NCBI RefSeq assembly: GCF_009931435.1
Contig: NZ_CP043414.1
Reading direction: 5' to 3' (one strand)
DNA from: Escherichia coli
GTDB lineage: Bacteria; Pseudomonadota; Gammaproteobacteria; Enterobacterales; Enterobacteriaceae
Length of the DNA: 64,000 bases
The notes beneath the pieces were generated by a model. The model was not told where the DNA came from. It ran no database searches and was given only the letters and a program-made list of their open reading frames with translations. Both the position numbers and the translations under genes were made by a program. Positions 55,187-64,000 of the stretch are shown in pieces. Each line of letters starts with the position of its first letter. Within the stretch, counting starts at the first letter, position 1.

Positions 55187-56104
55187 ATGCTTTTGGCCGG
55201 GAGTAGTTTACTGACGTTGCTCGATGATATCGCCACACTGCTGGACGATATCTCCGTGATGGGCAAACTGGCGGCGAAGAAAACCGCCGGTGTACTAGGG
55301 GATGATTTATCACTCAATGCACAACAAGTTTCAGGTGTGCGTGCCAACCGGGAACTTCCCGTGGTCTGGGGAGTGGCGAAAGGATCGCTGATCAATAAAG
55401 TGATTCTGGTGCCGCTGGCGCTGATCATCAGTGCATTTATCCCGTGGGCGATTACGCCTTTGTTGATGATTGGCGGCGCGTTTCTCTGCTTTGAAGGGGT
55501 AGAGAAAGTGCTGCATATGCTGGAGGCGCGTAAACACAAAGAAGATCCGGCGCAGAGTCAGCAGCGTCTGGAGAAGCTGGCGGCGCAGGATCCGCTGAAG
55601 TTTGAAAAGGACAAAATAAAAGGGGCGATTCGTACTGATTTTATTTTGTCTGCGGAAATCGTCGCCATCACGCTGGGGATTGTGGCAGAAGCGCCGTTGC
55701 TTAATCAGGTGCTGGTGCTTTCAGGCATCGCACTGGTAGTGACCGTGGGCGTCTACGGGCTGGTAGGGGTTATTGTTAAGATTGATGACCTGGGGTATTG
55801 GCTGGCGGAAAAATCCAGCGCGCTGATGCAGGCATTGGGTAAAGGGTTATTGATTATCGCGCCCTGGCTGATGAAAGCGTTATCGATTGTCGGCACGTTG
55901 GCGATGTTCCTCGTCGGTGGCGGGATTGTGGTTCATGGTATTGCGCCGCTGCATCACGCCATTGAACATTTCGCCGGGCAGCAAAGTGCAGTGGTGGCGA
56001 TGATATTCCCGACTGTTTTAAATCTGATACTTGGTTTTATCATCGGCGGCATTGTGGTACTTGGAGTGAAAGCGGTAGCGAAAATGCGCGGTCAGGCACA
56101 TTAA
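55187..56104 (+). CDS. yedI: DUF808 inner-membrane protein
   Basis: 305 aa. Confidence 0.85.
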   Translation: MLLAGSSLLTLLDDIATLLDDISVMGKLAAKKTAGVLGDDLSLNAQQVSGVRANRELPVVWGVAKGSLINKVILVPLALIISAFIPWAITPLLMIGGAFLCFEGVEKVLHMLEARKHKEDPAQSQQRLEKLAAQDPLKFEKDKIKGAIRTDFILSAEIVAITLGIVAEAPLLNQVLVLSGIALVVTVGVYGLVGVIVKIDDLGYWLAEKSSALMQALGKGLLIIAPWLMKALSIVGTLAMFLVGGGIVVHGIAPLHHAIEHFAGQQSAVVAMIFPTVLNLILGFIIGGIVVLGVKAVAKMRGQAH

Positions 56105-56182
56105 TACTCGCACTGGCTATTATGCAAAATTCGCCATCTTCAACTAAGGTGAACAAGTTTCACTCGAAAAAAGGAGGCGAGT

Positions 56183-56365
56183 ATGAGCTTTATGATTAGT
56201 GAGGAAGTAACGGTTAAAGAGGGCGGCCCGCGGATGATTGTCACCGGCTATTCCAGCGGTATGGTTGAGTGTCGTTGGTATGACGGTTATGGGGTCAAGC
56301 GGGAAGCTTTTCATGAAACCGAGCTTGTTCCGGGGGAGGGGAGTCGTCCTGCGGAAGAAGTTTGA
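56183..56365 (+). CDS. yodC: Small protein YodC
   Basis: 60 aa MSFMISEEVTVKEGGPRMIVTGYSSG... Confidence 0.8.
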   Translation: MSFMISEEVTVKEGGPRMIVTGYSSGMVECRWYDGYGVKREAFHETELVPGEGSRPAEEV

Positions 56366-56535
56366 AAGAGTATCATTAACATCAGGCCGGATCACATCCG
56401 GCCTGATGTGCTAATGCCTGCAATGAATGATAGTCGCGTCTTATCATGCCACCATTATAAAATTATCGCTGTTTTGCGGTACGCTATCGCCAGGTTATGC
56501 CAGAATCATAAAAAAGCAGGTTGGGAGTCGTCAGG

Positions 56536-59060
<2,525 letters not shown>

Positions 59061-59239
59061 TTACCAGGATGTTTCTCAAAACAGCACAAATAATCAAAGA
59101 TGATTTTTTCGGGAGCGATCCCGTTGACGTCAGAGCCACCAAGGGGTGACGCGCGTCACATTTCTATTCATAAGTAGCGTTAATCATTCATATCACGAAT
59201 ATTTTCTTGTCAGCGAAAAAAATTGCGGATAAGGTGATG

Positions 59240-59327
59240 AACACATCAGATTTCCTGGTGTAACGAATTTTTTAAGTGCTTCTTGCTTAAGCAAGTTTAA
59301 TCCCGACCCCCTCAGGGTCGGGATTTT
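59240..59327 (+). ncRNA. dsrA: DsrA small regulatory RNA
   Basis: aacacatcagatttcctggtgtaacgaattttttaagtgcttcttgcttaagcaagttt...cccgaccccctcagggtcgggattt matches DsrA including terminator hairpin. Confidence 0.9.
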
Positions 59328-59339
59328 TTTATTGTGCAT

Positions 59340-59567
59340 TCAACGATTCACTTCAGAGACGCTGAAGTCATGAATATCCAGTTCGAAGGCATCCGCCAAT
59401 TCACGCCATGTATGATATTCACGTCCATCGACACTAACGTGTTCAGGATCGTGCTGGCTGCGATGAACTTCGCTTTCGCTAATTTCATTGATCGCCGCCA
59501 GCAGGGCATCGACATCGACACTGACCTCACGTTTTGCGGTATCGCTGTACTCTTTTGCGGTTTTCAT
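59340..59567 (-). CDS. yodD: Stress-induced small protein YodD
   Basis: 75 aa from MKTAKEYSDTAKREVSVD... Confidence 0.8.
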   Translation of the reverse strand: MKTAKEYSDTAKREVSVDVDALLAAINEISESEVHRSQHDPEHVSVDGREYHTWRELADAFELDIHDFSVSEVNR

Positions 59568-59638
59568 CATCTTTCCTCGCAACCGTTACTCTGTTGTTGC
59601 CGCCAGTCGTTAAGTCCGCTGGCATCTCTTAAGTATAG

Positions 59639-59917
<279 letters not shown>

Positions 59918-59960
59918 TCTAATTCAGCCTGACTGGTGGGAAACCACCAGTCAGAATGTG

Positions 59961-60584
59961 TTAGCGCATGTTGACAAAAATACCATTAGTCACATTATCC
60001 GTCAGTCGGACGACATGGTAGATAACCTGTTTATTATGCGTTTTGATCTTACGTTTAATATTACCTTTATGCGATGAAACGGTCTTGGCTTTGATATTCA
60101 TTTGGTCGGAGATTTGAATGGTTCCCTGACCTGCCATCCACATTCGCAACATACTCGATTCGGTTCGGCTCAATGATAACGTCGGCATATTTAAAAACGA
60201 GGTTATCGTTGTCTCTTTTTTCAGAATATCGCCAAGGATATCGTCGAGAGATTCCGGTTTAATCGATTTAGAACTGATCAATAAATTTTTTCTGACCAAT
60301 AGATATTCATCAAAATGAACATTGGCAATTGCCATAAAAACGATAAATAACGTATTGGGATGTTGATTAATGATGAGCTTGATACGCTGACTGTTAGAAG
60401 CATCGTGGATGAAACAGTCCTCATTAATAAACACCACTGAAGGGCGCTGTGAATCACAAGCTATGGCAAGGTCATCAACGGTTTCAATGTCGTTGATTTC
60501 TCTTTTTTTAACCCCTCTGCTCAACAGATACCCGGTTAAACCTAGTCGGGTGTAACTACATAAATCCATAATAATCGTTGACAT
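59961..60584 (-). CDS. rcsA: Capsule synthesis regulator RcsA (LuxR-type)
   Basis: 207 aa [24 protein letters not shown]... Confidence 0.95.
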
Positions 60585-60873
60585 GGCATACCCTCACTCA
60601 ATGCGTAACGATAATTCCCCTTACCTGAATATTTCATCATGACTAAACGGAACAACATGGGTCACCTAATGCGCCACTCTCGCGATTTTTCAGGCGGACT
60701 TACTATCCCGTAAAGTGTTGTATAATTTGCCTGGAATTGTCTTAAAGTAAAGTAAATGTTGCGATATGTGAGTGAGGTTAAAACAAATATTTCGCCACAG
60801 GAGTATCCTGGAAGATGTTCGTGGGTATTATTTTTCAGATAATCCTTAGGATAACAAGATAAACATTAGGGAA

Positions 60874-61659
60874 TCATATTACAGGTAATTCGCTGATAAT
60901 ATCTGCCAGCAAATTAAAAATTTCACTGAATAAATGTTCGCAAAAAGGAGCAATTAACGGCATTAATGCCGCCATTAATGAGATACCGACAGTCAGAGTT
61001 AATGGAAATCCAATAACAAAAATGGATAATTGCGGGGCCATACGATTCAGTAAACCTAATGCCAGATTCAGTGTCAGCAGCAGAGTAATGAGCGGTAACG
61101 CCAGCATCAGTCCATTGAGGAAAATCAAACTCCCTGCTTTGGTGAGTGCCAGAAACGCATTGCTATTTAGCGGCTCGCCACCAATAGGCAGGGTGTGAAA
61201 GGTATCCACCAGCAGTGAAATCAGCCATAAATGACCGTTAAATGTCAGGAACAGCAGTAACGCCAGCATATCCATGATGCGCGCTAAAACGGGCATATTG
61301 AGATGGCTGCCCGGATCGACAAACGTCGCAAATGACAGTCCCATTTGCAGACCGATAATTTCGCCAGCGGTTCGCACAGCGGCAAAAGCAAACTGCATGG
61401 TAAAACCAAGCGCAATGCCGATCAGGATCTGCTGCACGGCCAGCCACAGAGCAAAGAACGAAAAAACAGGAACATCGTTGGCAGGTAAGGATGGGGCAAT
61501 GGCGAACGTGATCATCATTGCCAGACCCAGTTTGACCCGTTTCGGCACGCTACGTTCGCTCAGAATTGGCGCGGTAGAAATGAGCGCCAGCACGCGCAGT
61601 AACGGCCAGAAGTACAGGCTCAACCAAGAAAGCCATTGATCGCTTGTCACCTGCAACAT
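60874..61659 (-). CDS. fliR: Flagellar export apparatus protein FliR
   Basis: 261 aa. Confidence 0.95.
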   Translation of the reverse strand: MLQVTSDQWLSWLSLYFWPLLRVLALISTAPILSERSVPKRVKLGLAMMITFAIAPSLPANDVPVFSFFALWLAVQQILIGIALGFTMQFAFAAVRTAGEIIGLQMGLSFATFVDPGSHLNMPVLARIMDMLALLLFLTFNGHLWLISLLVDTFHTLPIGGEPLNSNAFLALTKAGSLIFLNGLMLALPLITLLLTLNLALGLLNRMAPQLSIFVIGFPLTLTVGISLMAALMPLIAPFCEHLFSEIFNLLADIISELPVI

Positions 61660-61667
61660 TATACGGG

Positions 61668-61937
61668 CTACCCGATGATATACGGCAGGTTAGTGAACAA
61701 GGTACGGACGTAATCCAGCAACAGATTGAGCATCCACGGTCCGGCAATAATAATGGCGATAAATACGGCGATGATTTTCGGAATAAACGACAGCGTCATT
61801 TCATTAATCTGCGTGGCGGCCTGCAAAATACTGATGATAAGGCCCGTGACCAACGCCACCAGCAACAGCGGGGCAGCCAGCGCCAGCGCAACTTTCATCG
61901 CTTCAGTCCCCATCATCATGACCGATTCAGGTGTCAT
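61668..61937 (-). CDS. fliQ: Flagellar export apparatus protein FliQ
   Basis: 89 aa. Confidence 0.95.
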   Translation of the reverse strand: MTPESVMMMGTEAMKVALALAAPLLLVALVTGLIISILQAATQINEMTLSFIPKIIAVFIAIIIAGPWMLNLLLDYVRTLFTNLPYIIG

Positions 61938-61946
61938 TTTGCCTCT

Positions 61947-62684
61947 CTAGCTGTAAAAGCTCTGCGCCAGCGAACCGACCAGCAATTGCCAGCCATCCAC
62001 CAGTACAAACAGCATCAGTTTAAAGGGCAGAGCAATGGTGGCCGGGGGCACCATCATCATCCCCAATGCCATCAGTACGCTGGCAATCACGAGGTCGATA
62101 ATCAAAAAAGGAATGAAAATCGTGAAGCCTATCTGAAATGCGGTTTTCAGCTCGCTGGTCACGTAGGCCGGGAGCAAAATGCGCATTGGGACGGCTTCAG
62201 GTCCCTGCAACGGGCCGGTATTCGCCAGTCTGGCAAACAACCCTAAATCTGCCTCGCGGGTCTGACGCAGCATAAACTCACGCAGCGGCTGCGCCCCTTT
62301 TTCCAGCGCCTCCTGCATTGAGATTTTCTCTTCGCTGAACGGCTGGTATGCATCGACATAAATTTTGTCGATCACCGGCGACATTATAAAAAAGGTCAAA
62401 AACAGTGCCAGCCCCAGCAATACCTGGTTCGGGGGGGCGGAGGGCGTGCCCAGCGCGTTTCGCAATAATCCAAAAACAATGATGATACGGGTGAAACTGG
62501 TCATCATCAGTAAAATCGCTGGAATAAACGTCAACGAGGTAATGAACACCAGCGTCTGCACCGGGAGGGACCAACTTTGTCCACCGCCAGGCAGCGGCTG
62601 GCTGGTGATACCCGGCAGTTGCGCGAAGGCGAGGGGCGTAACCAGCCAGAGAAGGACAGGTGCGACAGACAACAAACGACGCAT
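61947..62684 (-). CDS. fliP: Flagellar export apparatus protein FliP
   Basis: 245 aa. Confidence 0.95.
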   Translation of the reverse strand: MRRLLSVAPVLLWLVTPLAFAQLPGITSQPLPGGGQSWSLPVQTLVFITSLTFIPAILLMMTSFTRIIIVFGLLRNALGTPSAPPNQVLLGLALFLTFFIMSPVIDKIYVDAYQPFSEEKISMQEALEKGAQPLREFMLRQTREADLGLFARLANTGPLQGPEAVPMRILLPAYVTSELKTAFQIGFTIFIPFLIIDLVIASVLMALGMMMVPPATIALPFKLMLFVLVDGWQLLVGSLAQSFYS

Positions 62685-63049
62685 CAGGATCTCCCGCTAC
62701 GCTTAAGCAAGTTTTTCATGACCGACTGAAAATCGGCCTGCGGTATCTCTTCCGTTGGCGCAGAAGGGGGAAGTTTATGCAGCAGATTGATTTGCCCTGC
62801 GGTAACGCCGAGCACCAACCGTGCATCTTCCACATCGACTACCACGACCCGTTCACGCGCGCCCAGCGAAGCACTGGCGCTAATTTTCAGACCGTTAACG
62901 CCAGTTCGTTTGGGGGCAAATCCCAGCCGTTTTACCAGCCAGGCAGCAGCGAGGATCAGGGCAATAATGGCGATCAGTGCGCCGCTCACCTGCAGCAGCG
63001 GCGCAGCAGAAACCGGCGCGGACGGTTGCACAGTAGCGTGGTTATTCAT
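62684..63049 (-). CDS. fliO: Flagellar protein FliO
   Basis: 121 aa. Confidence 0.9.
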   Translation of the reverse strand: MNNHATVQPSAPVSAAPLLQVSGALIAIIALILAAAWLVKRLGFAPKRTGVNGLKISASASLGARERVVVVDVEDARLVLGVTAGQINLLHKLPPSAPTEEIPQADFQSVMKNLLKRSGRS

Positions 63050-63051
63050 CG

Positions 63052-63465
63052 CTAACGGCTCAGGCGGCGCATTCGCTCAGACGGAGTAATGATATCGGTG
63101 ATCCGCACGCCATATTTATCGGCAACGACCACCACTTCGCCCTGGGCGATTAAATAACCGTTGATCAGAATATCCAGCGGTTCGCCTGCCAGGCCGTCCA
63201 GCGCTACGACTGACCCTTGTGTCAGGCGCAACAGCTCTTTGATGGTCATCCGAGTGCGGCCCAGTTCGACGGTCAGCTTAACCGGAATATCCATAATCAG
63301 GTCGATATCCTGCAACGTTCCGCTGACATCACCGCCGCCAAATTGCTGGAATACCGCGTCTGCAGCGCTTTTACTGCTGGTTGATTTTTGTTCGCTCAAC
63401 GCTTCAGCCCACAGATCGTCCATTGCGCCGTTGTTATCATCGGCCGGATTATTCAAGTCACTCAT
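63052..63465 (-). CDS. fliN: Flagellar motor switch protein FliN
   Basis: 137 aa. Confidence 0.95.
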   Translation of the reverse strand: MSDLNNPADDNNGAMDDLWAEALSEQKSTSSKSAADAVFQQFGGGDVSGTLQDIDLIMDIPVKLTVELGRTRMTIKELLRLTQGSVVALDGLAGEPLDILINGYLIAQGEVVVVADKYGVRITDIITPSERMRRLSR

Positions 63466-64000
63466 TTGGGCTGTTCCTCGTTCAGAGAATTCAAAATCGG
63501 GTTAATCAAATGTTCAATCCGTAACGCATACTGGCCGTTGAGGGTGCCGTACTGGCTGGTCAGCACCGGAACGCCGTCAACATGGGCGATGATGCGATCG
63601 GGTTTTTCTATCGGCAGGACGTCGCCGGGTTTCAGTTTTAAAATCTGCGACAGACGCAGCGATATATCGGCAAAGTTAGCGACCAGCTCCAGCTGTGAGT
63701 GCTGCACCTGACGCACCAGGTTATCGCGCCAGTTCTGATCTTCATTTCGTGAGTTTTCCAGCGGCGGGTTAACCAACAATTCCCGTAGCGGCTCGATCAT
63801 GCTGAATGGCAGGCAGATATTAAATTCGCCGGTCAGGTTGCCAATCTCCACATGGAACGGTGTGTTAACCACGATGTCGTTCGGCGAGGTGGTGATATTG
63901 GTAAATTTCACCTGCATTTCCGAACGCACGTACTCGACATCCAGCGGATTAATTGCCTTCCAGGCGTCGCTATAGCCTTCCAGCGCCAGCTTCAACATAC
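63462..64000 (-). CDS. fliM: Flagellar motor switch protein FliM, C-terminal part (5' end beyond window)
   Basis: C-terminal 178 aa; ORF runs off the window end. Confidence 0.9.
   Translation of the reverse strand, partial: MLKLALEGYSDAWKAINPLDVEYVRSEMQVKFTNITTSPNDIVVNTPFHVEIGNLTGEFNICLPFSMIEPLRELLVNPPLENSRNEDQNWRDNLVRQVQHSQLELVANFADISLRLSQILKLKPGDVLPIEKPDRIIAHVDGVPVLTSQYGTLNGQYALRIEHLINPILNSLNEEQPK

Overview
This 64 kb window is an Escherichia/Shigella-type chromosomal segment covering the K-12 flu - cobUST - ldtA - nac - cbl - yeeO - yeeN - amn - shiA - yeeL - yeeJ - mtfA - yodB - zinT - msrQP - hiuH - hprRS - hchA - yedS - yedRJ - dcm/vsr - yedA - yedI - dgcQ - yedP - dsrA - rcsA - fliRQPONM neighbourhood, with four tRNA-Asn genes and tRNA-Ser. 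Gene identities come from recalled similarity of the supplied translations and from synteny; no database search was run. About 45 kb is conserved core. The accessory content is (1) a roughly 12 kb IS-scarred island remnant between yeeP and cobU (about 4.1-16.2 kb) carrying an AlpA-family regulator, a DUF3987/YfjI-like protein, an HUH Rep-like protein, two paralogous zinc-ribbon proteins, an IS110-family element with an in-frame amber codon, and fragments of ISL3, IS600, IS30 and an IS3-family element; and (2) a nested IS1::IS100 insertion with clean target-site duplications that disrupts yeeO. No CRISPR array and no complete, recognisable defence system was found. The items most worth follow-up are the IS110-family element and its structured 5' arm (candidate bridge RNA), the zinc-ribbon paralogs flanking it, the DUF3987 / AlpA / hypothetical-protein module, and an ORF-free 1.2 kb AT-rich tract upstream of yeeP. 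All of these are hypotheses that need homology and structure searches.
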